A stretch of DNA of 64,000 nt from Tubiluchus corallicola (taxonomy: Eukaryota > Animalia > Priapulida). The notes under the pieces are model-generated. The model ran no database searches, had not been told where the DNA came from, and saw only the letters and a program-made list of their open reading frames with translations. The stretch covers positions 218,099 through 282,098 of the forward strand of contig JAQGDQ010000202.1 in the NCBI GenBank assembly GCA_030141605.1, written 5' to 3'. The position numbers were made by a program, and so were the translations under genes. Each line of letters starts with the position of its first letter. The first letter of the stretch is position 1. Of the stretch, positions 38,930-50,825 are shown one piece after another.

Positions 38930-39091
38930 GGCGGCTACAATACAAAATAATCATGACAACATTATCTGAAAATATTCCTAATTATTGAGTGTTTACTTTA
39001 CTGGAAATTATTTCTGCTCACAGAAAATTAAGGGAACTGCAACGATGTCAAAAAGAACAAACATGAAGGAGCATTCGAATTTACCTTATAG

Positions 39092-39628
39092 CATGGGTTC
39101 CCAACCTAAGGGTCGCAGCCCCAACAAGGATCACGAAGCAGTTTTCGTGGGGTCACGGGCTAGTCCAAAAACTATTTTTTAAAGAATGTTGTTTTCATGA
39201 AATGTATGTAAGTGGGTATTGTTTCCTCAGTCTCTCATTACATCTTTTTGTTCTGGAAAGTGAAACTGGGTTTTCCAGCTCTAAATATGGTATTTCAGTG
39301 CTTGATTTTCCAGGAAAATGAAAATGCACATTGTTCCATGCTTGCGTACAGTGTACACTGCCCAAAAGGGTGTCGCTATTCATTTTACCTTGGATACCTA
39401 TTGCTGTTGCATTACTGGTCGCTGAGAAATAGGTGCAACCATCATATTAATGAATCAATGAAACAATCATGCATTGTTCAGTAATTTGTTGAATAGTAAG
39501 TTAAAATTAAAAATGCGAATGATGATGATGTTTAATAGTATAACATGTGATTATGTTCTTCGTGGGGTCGCGATAAGATGCAGGTTTCTGGAAAGGGGTC
39601 GCCGTCAACAAAAGGTTGGGAACCAATG
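39092..39628. mobile_element. hAT/Charlie-like MITE
   Basis: TIRs CATGGGTTCCCAACCT / AGGTTGGGAACCAATG, GGGGTCGC subterminal motifs, degenerate 8-bp flanks. Confidence 0.8.
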
Positions 39629-40148
39629 ACCTATAAAGCCTACAAGAATATTATATACGAGATATTATACTATCTCTAAATTAAAATCTACTTAAAATAC
39701 AGAAATAATATATGACTTCTAAATCAAAATCATTGTCATTAATTGAACAATATGAGACATTCTAAACAAGTAGTAAAAAAGAGTTTTTTTGCCCATTGAT
39801 CCATTGCTGTTTGGCATGTTATCAGTAAATAAATGGAGCTGACTGATTTTCAATAAGAACCAGGACTATGGTACTTGGCAGTCCAAAACTAATATTTAGA
39901 AATGTTCACAGTAACTTTGCCAAGGTGCAAATTTAATGCTTATTTACCCAGAAATTCTGGTAAATCTGCAAGGCAGAAGTTTTGTCTGTACACCAGTCAA
40001 CATGGCTGGTAAACTAAGCTTGCAATGTTTGCTACGTCTCCATATTAATGAAACCTTGAATCTTTTCCAAATCGATGTATGCAGTTAGCATAGTGTAAAT
40101 TAATCTGCATGTCTAGGAAGCATCTAAATTAGTATTTCCATTGAATAC

Positions 40149-40868
40149 CTGGTACCCGAATAATTAACCACATTGTTTATTACCAAAGCCTAATATTTCT
40201 ATCCAGTTCCAACAATGAAAATGCAGATATAATTTGTAATCCATTGTTAGATAATTTAAAATGTAAATGCCACCTTCTGCTGCTTGCTTCTACAGTAGGT
40301 ACCTATTAGCAAACTATTAACTGCTGGATTGGTAGTGTGCCAGGCCAACAGCCAGCAGGGAGAGGGCAGATCAAACCATTATTGCTGTAGAGGCGACTTA
40401 CAAAAAACAGACTATGATTTCTTTACCAAGTGGCTAATTATCCAAATGAAATTGTTATTAAACTTTAAAACCCTATTTCAGGCTACTAAAGATACAAACA
40501 AATGGATTGTTAAGTTTAACAGCACACAAAAAAGATAACATAGATTATTTTATTCGAGTAATCTCTCTGCTATATTAATAGTGCTTAGTGTAGTACTACC
40601 TAGGCTGATGAAGCTGACTCAATGAAAAAATGTGCAATGAAGTAATTAAGGCTTGAAAAATCAAAACTCAGTCAAATACCTTGTGTAAGAAAAACACCAA
40701 CTTTCGTGCCACACAGCTCGTGTGTTCAGGCTTTCGGGTGTAATAAATGAATGCTTGTTGTTAACATAACAGTCCAGTTAGTTAAAGTACACACCAGTGG
40801 TTGTTTTCATTTGTGAATATAAATGATTACAGTTTTTTCACTGACGCGCTGAATCTTAACAATCGGGT
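40149..40868. repeat. ~700-bp dispersed repeat, copy B
   Basis: Collinear with 37475-38078 in the same orientation. Confidence 0.85.
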
Positions 40869-41341
40869 GCCTGACGGGTACAAAGAATAGAGTACGTGAC
40901 TCTGATTTTGCTACCCATGTAGACATTAATCTAAATGCCAAATGGCAAAAAGTTATTACTAGTGTGTTACCACGAGGATACCACTCTAATGAATTCTCAC
41001 TAATGCATGCTAGATATGAACAGCTCCGCTTACTTGCACATAAAGTGAACTATTTTAAAAAGGCAAAAATGTGAAAATCAGACTAAATACAGATATATTT
41101 GACTAAAATGTATGCTGTTAACATTTTGATATTTTTCTGCACAAAATTTAACAAGAGATTGATTTTTGCTTGTTAAAATTTCTGTTGTGCTCACTTCTTA
41201 TGATGCCGTTGGACACAATTGCTTATCAGCCACACAGCATAACACTCAAAAAATAAAAACAGTGAGGAATTTACTGTTAAGTACAGTTTGAATATATATA
41301 CAACGTTGACAAATAGCTTTACGAAACTAATTTTGTACAGG

Positions 41342-42693
41342 CAATGTTGGGTGGTAATGCGTTATTGTAATTAGATTACTTTTTACAGTAATGAGCAATG
41401 TAAGGCAATTACTCTGCTTAGTCTTGTAATCAGATTACTCATTACTTTATCAGTAATGCTACAAAACCTGCATTACTGACTTATCTATCCAAGAATAGCA
41501 TTTTAAACTTAGGCTGTTTTGATTATTTAGCCACCTTGCTTTTGTCGATCTCTGCCACAAAATGCCTATATGCATATGGTAGTTTATTACTTTGCTCAAA
41601 TAATGACATTATTTCAGACTGACAGCATCACAAAAACTTCCACAGCTCTAGCTGATTGTTTTATATATGTACACTCAATATTTTGTCATGTGCACAGTCA
41701 CAATTAGAATAATGACAAATTTAGGCATACACCAGAAGCAATGCTCTGATTCCACTACAACGAAACAGATGCACACTTTTTTCCAAACTAGCAAGTAATC
41801 AGTAAAGGTTCCAGTCATGAGTAATTTGATTACAATTTTTCCAAAGCACAGATACAGGTATAGAGGTATGCGGTAAGTTTGGTACTGGTGATTTTGGATT
41901 TTTCGTACGAGGAAATTTTGATACCGGGAAAATTTGGTACTAGGAATTTTTAGTACGAGGTAATTTTGGTACTGGGAAAATTTGGTACAGAGAAAATATG
42001 GTACTTACAAAGTTTTGTCAGGCATTTTAGTACAAATAAATATGGCACAAGGTAAGATGGAACTGAAGAAGTTTGATACTGGGAAAGTTTGGTACTAGGC
42101 AAATTCGATACAGAGAAAGTCTGGTACAAGGAAAGTATGGTACTATGAAAATATATTTTACATAACCTACTCAAACAAATTATAGAGGCTCATATTGTTG
42201 CGTTTCTTTTTTGTTTGTTTTCTCTTTGTTTGTTTGTCTATTATTTGTTATTTGTCACTGTTGTAGTTGTTTGTTGTTTTGTTGTGATTACTACCACCAC
42301 CACCGCTTTCATTTTTTGCTAAAGGTATTCTCAAATGTACCTACGTGGGTGGTATAATCACTATTTTCCCAGTACAAAAACTTCCATGTACAATATTTCT
42401 TAGTACTAAACAACACTGGTACCATATTTTTCTCGTACCACATTTACCTAGTACCAAATACCAAATTTTCTCGGTACCAAAATTTCCTCGTACCAAACTT
42501 TCTTACATTCGATATAGATCGTTTATTTCACACACATGGTTAAATACAATAATTACAAGAGAACATACAAAAACTAAATTCAACTAAAGTAATGATAACA
42601 AACTTTGTTATAAAGCCAAATGCAAGGAATCAAAAGCCAAAGTGAGCAGTAATTATGACACAGTACTTTTCAAAAGTAAAAAATCCAACACTA
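41342..42693. mobile_element. hAT-like element hosting a Foldback insertion
   Basis: Ends CAATGTTGGGT / ATCCAACACTA, GTAAT/ATTAC subterminal repeats, flanks TGTACAGG / TGTATAAG (6/8). Confidence 0.65.
41866..42510. mobile_element. Foldback/MULE-like element with ~16-bp tandem units in inverted arms
   Basis: Left arm is an array of TTTGGTACnnGGAAAA-like units; right arm is the inverse GTACCAAAnTTTC array. 9-bp flanks GGTATAGAG / GATATAGAT (7/9). Confidence 0.75.
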
Positions 42694-42981
42694 TGTATAA
42701 GCTTCTCCACGCACTGCAAAAATGGGGACAGACAGACTTTTAAAGTGCCTATCCATATTTTGGTAGAAAAAGGTAGCTAAATTTGCATAATGCTTCACTG
42801 GCTAATATCCCAAAACGGTAATATAAATCCTATCATACCTACTATATCAAACCTACCATTGCACTAACATTTTCATGTAAAATTAAATATCGCACTTTAT
42901 TTTTTCTGATCAAATTTGTTGTAATTTGGTTGTTAGGCAGCTCTCACTGAATTCTCAACGTCTCACTTTGACAGTTCTGTA

Positions 42982-43734
42982 GGGCGCCGAGTACTCCACT
43001 AGCCGAAGTCGGACACTTCCGGCAAAACGCATGTGCTAAATTTGTGCAACAGCAGTACATTGGGCAGCCCAAGAAGGACAGTAGCGATTTCTGTCAAGAA
43101 TCCAGATTTATGACATACAAAAACATACAAGTAAATTTGTTTCGGAAAAAAGTAACTTTATAATAATGATGGATACTCCTTGACAATTTACAAATGTATT
43201 TTTTACAACAATATCATCATTATTATTAGCTTCATTATAATCATCATAACATTAAACTAAGTATCTAATGCTTTAAAGAGAGAAACTATGTAGGGCACAT
43301 AACTCGCTAACCCGTTTACATAGTAGAAAACAATTATTTGTCCAAGAGGGAGTGAAAAAGATCACCTGTCTGTGAAGCAAGACAAAATAAAAAATGATAT
43401 ACCTTAAACAAATGTTGGAATCGCCTAAGGAGTGGGTTTATTTCACTTCAAAAAGATTAATATCGAAGCCAAATTTAATATTGGCCATTTTACTAGCTCA
43501 AAATAAGATTCTTATATTTCTCCAGATGCATAATAGATTATTCAACGTGTATTGACGTTTTTAATTATTATTATTCCATAAACAAGGACAACGGACGGTG
43601 CCAGTACGCTTAACAACTCAATTCGCGACCTGTTTCTAGTGTCCTACTTGGGCAGCCCATGTATGACGCGCCCTACTTGGGCTAGCCCATGTACGCCAAT
43701 TGTCCTACTTTGGCTAATGGATTACTCGGCACCC
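42982..43734. mobile_element. Non-autonomous TIR element (GGG...CCC ends, PIF/Harbinger-like)
   Basis: ~34-bp TIRs GGGCGCCGAGTACTCCACTAGCCGAAGTCGGACA vs reverse complement GGGTGCCGAGTAATCCATTAGCCAAAGTAGGACA. A second partial copy is at ~7915-8286. TSD unclear. Confidence 0.8.
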
Positions 43735-46564
43735 AATAAGTCCAACCTGTAGTGTTCTGTTCTGCGGTGCTTGCAAAAAAGTTGAATTTTCAGTTTCTTT
43801 TATTTCTCTATGGTCTAATTTTAAGCCAGAATACTTGAAAATTAATGTTCTGGTCTCATAAGTCAGAAAGCTTTTCATGAAGCACATAAATAGTCATGTC
43901 ATTTTTACTAAAGAATAAACTCAAGCATTATGCATGATCGTGAGGCTGCTTATAGCAAGTAAGTAAGCAATTTATTAATCACCTTTCAACATTAATATTA
44001 ATGATTCGAAATTTTTAAATCTAAATCGATTTGGATTTGAAATTGTGAAATTTGGTTTGATTCGAATTAGAAAGTCAAAAAGTCAATTCGAATTCGTTTT
44101 CTGGTATAGACTGCTCACCCCAATATCAAGTGATTCCCACCTTAGCCGAGAGGGCACAGTCCTCTCATACACCTATATAGGATAACCGCTTTGTTTAAAA
44201 CATGTGGTTAAAATAATAAATTTTAGATAACTATAGTTGACAATATTTCTGAGGTGGTCAGAAACTGAAGATTTTGCAAAGAATAGTTAGAGAATTGGGC
44301 CTTGAAGACTACAGCCTTTTGACTGAAAATTCTAATTTAGATTTTATTGAAATCAAAAGAACTGCACTTCACAATGAAAATCTAAAGTTGTATCTTTTCA
44401 ATCAGTGACTCATTGGTCAGGGATCAACCAATCTTGCTGTAACTTATATACCTTTAAAATTTGTCTATTGCGTGAGACCTTTCATTTGACGTATTATATA
44501 CAAGCTAGTTTTATATGCTACAAACTAGTTTTGGTTGACAAAATAAGGGTCGGTCTGGGAGACAAATGCATTTGTCTCCCAGGCCGACCCTTATTTTGTC
44601 CCTACTGGGGCCAGAGATCAACCAGTCTATGGGTAATTATTACCATTCAATTTATCTCAAGACTTTTCATTCGATATAGTACAAGCTAGTTTCGGTCGAC
44701 ACTGGAAGGTATTTGACTCAGCGACCCTTATTTTGTGCCATAGTGGGGGTCACAGGTTAACTATTCTCACTGTAACCTATGCTATTCGATTCGCCTCATT
44801 GAGACCTTCCATTTGATATATGCCATGAGGTACTATTGCTCGATACTCTGTGTTTTTCTGTTCCTGACCCATATTTCCTAATAGTGGAAAATTTACTTAC
44901 ATGCGTATGTCTCGTACTTTGTGATGCACAAAGACGCGACCCAGTCTAGCAACATACCAAATATTGTGGCCCAAGCTTAAAAACTATAGAAGCAGATGGA
45001 TCCTAAAAAACAAATGAAGACACGCCCTGCTCCATGAAATTTGACTCGGCAACTCGGGTCACGTACACATAGTTCCCTTTACCTAGAGAGTGTACCCCGA
45101 GTTTTGTGTTCCTAACCCTCAGCATGTAAAAGTCACCAAATGGGAGACCACCAAATTTGCTTTTGGCCGCTCTCCCCATAGTACCAAAATACCTGTGAAA
45201 AAACTGAAATCCCTAGGAGTTGAATTATAATCGTAAAACTTACCGACGCCCACTACCCTTCACCCTTGACCACCGTTGTTCGTTTCCACCCTGTGAGTTT
45301 TAAGACCCTAGCTTGCAAGCCCAACGAGCTAATATAAGTGAGTTTGGGAAGAATAAATATATAATGAACAATAAACTGTACGAAATCCAAGATCTTATCT
45401 TTATTGACACATCAACTGTAAAGTCTAATGACACTGTGATTTCATTATTCATATACTGTTTATTTTTGTGGCAAACACTGGTACAAAATTGCTGTAGGAA
45501 TTAAGTATTATTGATAAACTTAAAATTTTGCAAAAGTTGGTAAGCACAGATCTCAGTAAAATTAGCCAATAGTTAACTAACAAAACAAATCTGCCAAGTT
45601 TAATATTTTGCTCATTTGCTACATCACAATATTAAATTATCATTTTGTGCAATTTTCAGTGCAGCCTAAAATGGTAACGATTATTTTTTTACACACAAGC
45701 ATATACGGGGTGTCAAGACCTAGTGACAACGTACAATAATTGATTCCACACAAAGTTTGCTATATAATACACACATTAAATGATTGCCCAGTGGATGGTC
45801 AGATTTAAACAAGCTCCTGCTTTTTTTAGTACAGTGTGTACTAAAAAAGTTTAGTACACTGCCTGTAACTGTCTTGAAGCTGTAATTACATAAAGCAGTG
45901 ACGTAAATATAATAAAAAGTTACCAACTTTAAATTCAATTATGATAAAATGCACAACAGGTTACGAAACAGCTTAATTTTCTGAATCTTTGACCTACTAT
46001 CATATAATTTTCTTTATGATTTGGAAATTCTAGTCAATAATGTTGGCCAGTCCTCAGGAGACCCTACTAGCACTTGGCAGCTTGTTCTTATGTAAACTAA
46101 GTACACTACTACTAGACCTACAGTTGTCAAAAATTGAAAAAATAAAGTGTGTTCTCTCAAAAATAAAATCTGCTCTGTAAAATATTTACTAAACATTCCT
46201 GCAAATTTACACCTATATATTTTACAAGTTTAAGCACATTTAACTACATGTATTTCAAAATTTGTTACACATGTATGACCATCACTGCTTTGTTCTGAAG
46301 GCGAATTTTGCTGATTTTAGAACTATTCTACAGAAATAGTTGAAACCACTGAAATAATTAACTATACCTGCAAAAAATTCAATATAAGCTAATAAACTAT
46401 TAAAATTCACCAACTTTGGCTTCAAGAGAATATACTTAATCACACACATGGGAAAACAGTGTAGTGTTAATTTGTTACTCTGACCACCAGTAGCATTACC
46501 AGAATGGCAGTTGCACTTCACATCTGGAATCAGTTCTTGATTATAATTGTGAGTTTATTTACGT

Positions 46565-48230
46565 TACAGCTTCTCAACCTTTCTAATTTGCTAAGTACCA
46601 CCAGAGTTATTGGACTGTCAACACATACCGCACTACAAAATTTCCTCAGCACATAGAATAAACTCAGTAGTGCATAATATCGCCACAATAGATTTCAAAT
46701 GGTTCAAATTTTAATGATTTTATTCAGAAATTAAGTGCTGACATCATGCAGTAAATATATTAGGTAAAAAGAGAAGGAAATTCATAAACTCGCATCAAAA
46801 TTTTTAGACAATGTGGCATTAACTGCACCTGTAGACGTCTACCTATCGACAGATGCAAGCTAGCAGACTGCAGTCATCAACCAACCACACTCAAAACTGA
46901 GTTGCAGCTTCAAGAACAAATTCCATATAACCATACACAGAGACAAATACATCGACCATTCAGACATAACGTTTGAATATGAAGTCACGAACCAAACTAA
47001 CGCATGCACATATCTATAACAGTCATTTTCTCACTCTGTACAATTAAGACTTTAAGTATAATGTAATCCGCTTATAACGAGTTTTAAGGGACCGTGAAAA
47101 TTTGCTCGCTATAACCAAGTCTCGTTATAGCGGAGGTCAATTTGTATATACAAGATCGAAATGAAGCTTATAAGGCGTATATGATGTAGTGATGAAAAGA
47201 ACACTTTCTTTTGAGATTGACGCAAGTTTCTTAATGAGTGCCACTGTTAAGCAACTATTTACTCACAAAAGTATAAAATTATAGGGTTCAAATTCTGTTA
47301 TTTCCAGGGCTACGTCAATATTAAATAAATTCCTGCATAAAATCGCCCCACGAGCTGCTTTTCTAAGTTACCACTACCGGCTGCTGTGATTCATTGTGTC
47401 GTCTGCTGATAGCTGAGGGTGTTTTACCAGGGTGTTATAGTACATTATAAACATTGCCTGCCCAGGACCACAGTGCCTGTGTGTGTGTGTGGGTGGAAAC
47501 CACGACTGCGACTGCTTTTTATCAGTTTAGGCTTAGCGTGGTAGTGAACAGCTCTGAAATAATTTAAATGTGCAAGTGAAACATGATTTATGATTATGAG
47601 CATTTAAGAAGGATCCACGTTGGCCTAAATCTGGCTAGCCTACGACTATAATTACTTAAAATAACGGTATTTCTTTAAAAAGCATTTTTATTAAAAATAA
47701 ACTTTGAAAAGTCACGGAATTGCTTAGTCTGCAAAGTAGAACAGTTTGTTCCGCAAAGAAAACTTATTTTTCTGCCGTACATTAAATTGAACCAGAGCTT
47801 TAGACAAGAAGCTGATAAGCTATGAAAGGCATGAGAACTTTGAGAACTTACCATTACCAGTTGCCAAGTGAAAAAATTGCTGAAGGCAAGTCTGTGTGTG
47901 CTGTACTTTGATGCACATTGTTTCACGCACGATGAATAAATTGGTACTGTGACCTTTTGTCCTGGGTGAATGACGCTTACTTGCCCATTGTTTTAGAAAC
48001 AATCACCGGGCTGGAAAATACTTTCGTAATAAGCAAGATCTCGCAATATCGGGCCTCGCTGTAAGCACGGTTTAAATACATTATTCAAGCCTAAGTTTTG
48101 ACGGGACTTTGAAATTTGCTCGAAATAACCAGAGGCTCGTTATAACTGGCCTCGTTATAAGTGGATTATACTGTACTAGCACTCTTTTGTAACCCCTAGG
48201 GGTTTGCAAACCCCAGGTTGAGAACCCTTG
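46565..48230. mobile_element. hAT/Charlie-like element hosting a Tc1/mariner MITE
   Basis: Ends ..TTCTCAACCT / AGGTTGAGAACCCTTG; flanks ATTTACGT and ATTTACGA (7/8). Confidence 0.65.
47059..48173. mobile_element. Tc1/mariner (Tigger-like) non-autonomous element
   Basis: TIRs TAATGTAATCCGCTTATAACGAG / CTCGTTATAAGTGGATTATACTG, TA flanks, repeated CTCGTTATA motifs. Confidence 0.8.
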
Positions 48231-48504
48231 ATTTACGATGTAGATATACAGTCATACAACTGTGTAAAGTTGTAACGTTATTTTTTACAAACCTACACGT
48301 TATTTTCCATAACGATGTTACAACAATGATACCAACAATATACTGTATAACTTTAGTAGAACAGCCCCTCTAATGAAAACACTTGATCTACTAAAGCATT
48401 AGGCTAAATATGATTAAATATCAGAAACACATAGCTTACGAGTAAATGGCTTCACTATAATTATTATTTAAATTAATTTTTACAGCATTTTTACAGAGGT
48501 TTAT

Positions 48505-49098
48505 TTACACATAGCTACAACACTGATTTGTTTTACGAGCAGTTTTGTAAAATGCTTTTGATTGCAACCCCAATTCATCTGACTTAGCAACAAGATCATC
48601 CAACTTTTCACCTCTAGCCAACACGGCTTGTATTGTATCATGCATTATGACTTTAGTTTCTTCTAAATCTGTTTCTATTTTAGTCATAGAATCGGCTTTA
48701 GTTGGATCCTGGTACTTTGCCAGCAGCACATCCAGACCTGGAAAATTTACTTCCTTTTCTGTAGCTCCTGGCCACTGAGATGGTGCTACTTTCTCTGCAA
48801 AGTCAGTTAATACTTTATTGAGTAATGTAAAGCAAACCCTCTGAGGATATTCATGATCACCTATAATGACACCTGCCAAGTTGTCGGATCTAACATAAAC
48901 ATGGCACAGATATCCTTGTTCCTTAATGGAAGCTCTTGTGCATGGGGAACTTCTTTCTGTAATGATTTGACTTGTAAATCTCATGAATTCCTGTACACTA
49001 CTCCTCTGGAAATACCCGAATGAAGATAAGTCATAAGCAGCTTTTAGTGTCTGGACTTTTGAGCTTTTGTATAGTACAGTGATGGCATACAGCTTCAT
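48505..49098 (-). CDS. YKT6: Synaptobrevin homolog YKT6 (longin R-SNARE), 197 aa, intronless
   Basis: MKLYAITVLYK...DLSSFGYFQRSSVQEFMRF (longin domain), LEETKVIMHDTIQAVLARGEKLDDLVAKS...SKAFYKTARKTN (R-SNARE motif) and C-terminal CCSYV lipidation motif. Confidence 0.97.
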   Translation of the reverse strand: MKLYAITVLYKSSKVQTLKAAYDLSSFGYFQRSSVQEFMRFTSQIITERSSPCTRASIKEQGYLCHVYVRSDNLAGVIIGDHEYPQRVCFTLLNKVLTDFAEKVAPSQWPGATEKEVNFPGLDVLLAKYQDPTKADSMTKIETDLEETKVIMHDTIQAVLARGEKLDDLVAKSDELGLQSKAFYKTARKTNQCCSYV

Positions 49099-50137
49099 TT
49101 TGATGATCTAGACAATATGCACACCAGGAGACAACTGGGCATGAATGCAGCACTTTCTAGAAAAACAAAATAATCTGTTGTGAAGTTTTCAGTTTAAATA
49201 ATGTGACAAAATATGGAAATTCACTGGCGTCATACTAACTTACAGCCACTAGTTATCAAATAACTCCTAGAAATGAAGTTCAGGCTATTTCAACAGATGC
49301 AGCATCTTAGCACAGGGGTTGAGGAAGGGTTCAAACGTGACCTTTATTAATGTTTCTAAAGGGTAACATATTATCTTAAAGCACTCATTGAAAATGTACG
49401 AATTAATTTGGCATAAACCAACACATAATTAAATAAAGACCATTTGCATATACCATGCAGATGACTTCTACAAGAGAAGAAATATTTGTCTGTGTCGTTA
49501 TTTATTCATTAATGAAATATACAATATTAGAACCTGATGTTGTGATCTATACTCATAAATGGTCTGATAGTCTGATTGGGCTCAACCTTGCGTCAGAGTC
49601 CGCGGGATGTTTTTTTATCGCTAATTCTGGTTCTTCTGACATACAAATCTTTTAAAGGAACTGAATAATGACCAGTGTGATACCTTGGGGATTTCAGATA
49701 CTAATCATTTGACATAAACATGTACCTAGACTATACAATGGAAGTGGTTATGAGGTCACAGGACATAAGTATGATGCCATAATAACCATGGTCCCATCAA
49801 ACGGAACTTATGAACGCACTTTTTGACTAGTACCGGTAACGGTACACGTAAGTCACAATACGGTACACATTGCGATACTAAACTCACGTATAATACGTAT
49901 CAAGACACAGATCAAGTTAACATTTGCAGGTTTTAATAAAAAAAACCAGATTCAGCTATTGATATATGTTGATAGCTGTTGATACGTATTTACAGTACAT
50001 TATAACAGCTGCAGCTTGAACAATTTCACACTGTTTTTATCAGTGGACAGTCAAACGTGCTAAATATTAATGATTCAGATTATCGCGATACTGGTGCACT
50101 TTGACGATACATCTATCGTAACAAATGGCATCATGAT

Positions 50138-50825
50138 CAGAGATGTTACCGAAACTGAAATTACAAACCCAAATTAAAATTTATGAAATACAGGAAAGCG
50201 ATAATGAAAGGAAATCTAACCGAAAACATTTTTCAAGCAGGAGTATAGACAAACTGAAAAAAATTCTAAAATAAATAAAATACTTTGTTTTTGCTTGTTT
50301 GCTTTTATTTGCTCTGATACAAGTAGCTAGGCAAAAAAAATCTTAAACCAAAAAAATAGAACAATGTTTATAGTTAAAGACAATGATGCTTCAAAAAGTG
50401 ACAAATTTTATTTTGCAATGTTTTGTTGCCTATATTTCATAAATTATCAGTTAAACTTGGTTTTATTCAAATTACGATTTGATATTTCGGTTAATAGTGC
50501 CTGGAGATCTAAAGCTTCACAGTCATCAGCCCTGAAGATATGCCGTATTGCCATAAAAAGCATGATACAAATGGTGCAAAAAGTTATATAAACGATATTT
50601 ACACTTTATTTGAACTATTTTAGCCCAAATTTTTCAGCGATTTTTAACATCTAGGAGAAAAAATAGGTAAGCCGGATAAATAATACTAAAATCGCATTAA
50701 AATGCTACTGAAAATTATTGAAAGTTTCAGCTACGAAATTTAAATATTTTTGATGAAAATCAAACTGAACCAAAAGTGCAATAATTGGCAAACCGAAACA
50801 AAATTTTCGTTCCGTAACATCCCTG
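50138..50825. mobile_element. hAT-like non-autonomous element, nested in an older GATAC-repeat element
   Basis: TIRs CAGAGATGTTACCGAAAC / GTTCCGTAACATCCCTG; exact 8-bp duplication ATCATGAT (50130-50137, 50826-50833). Confidence 0.88.
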
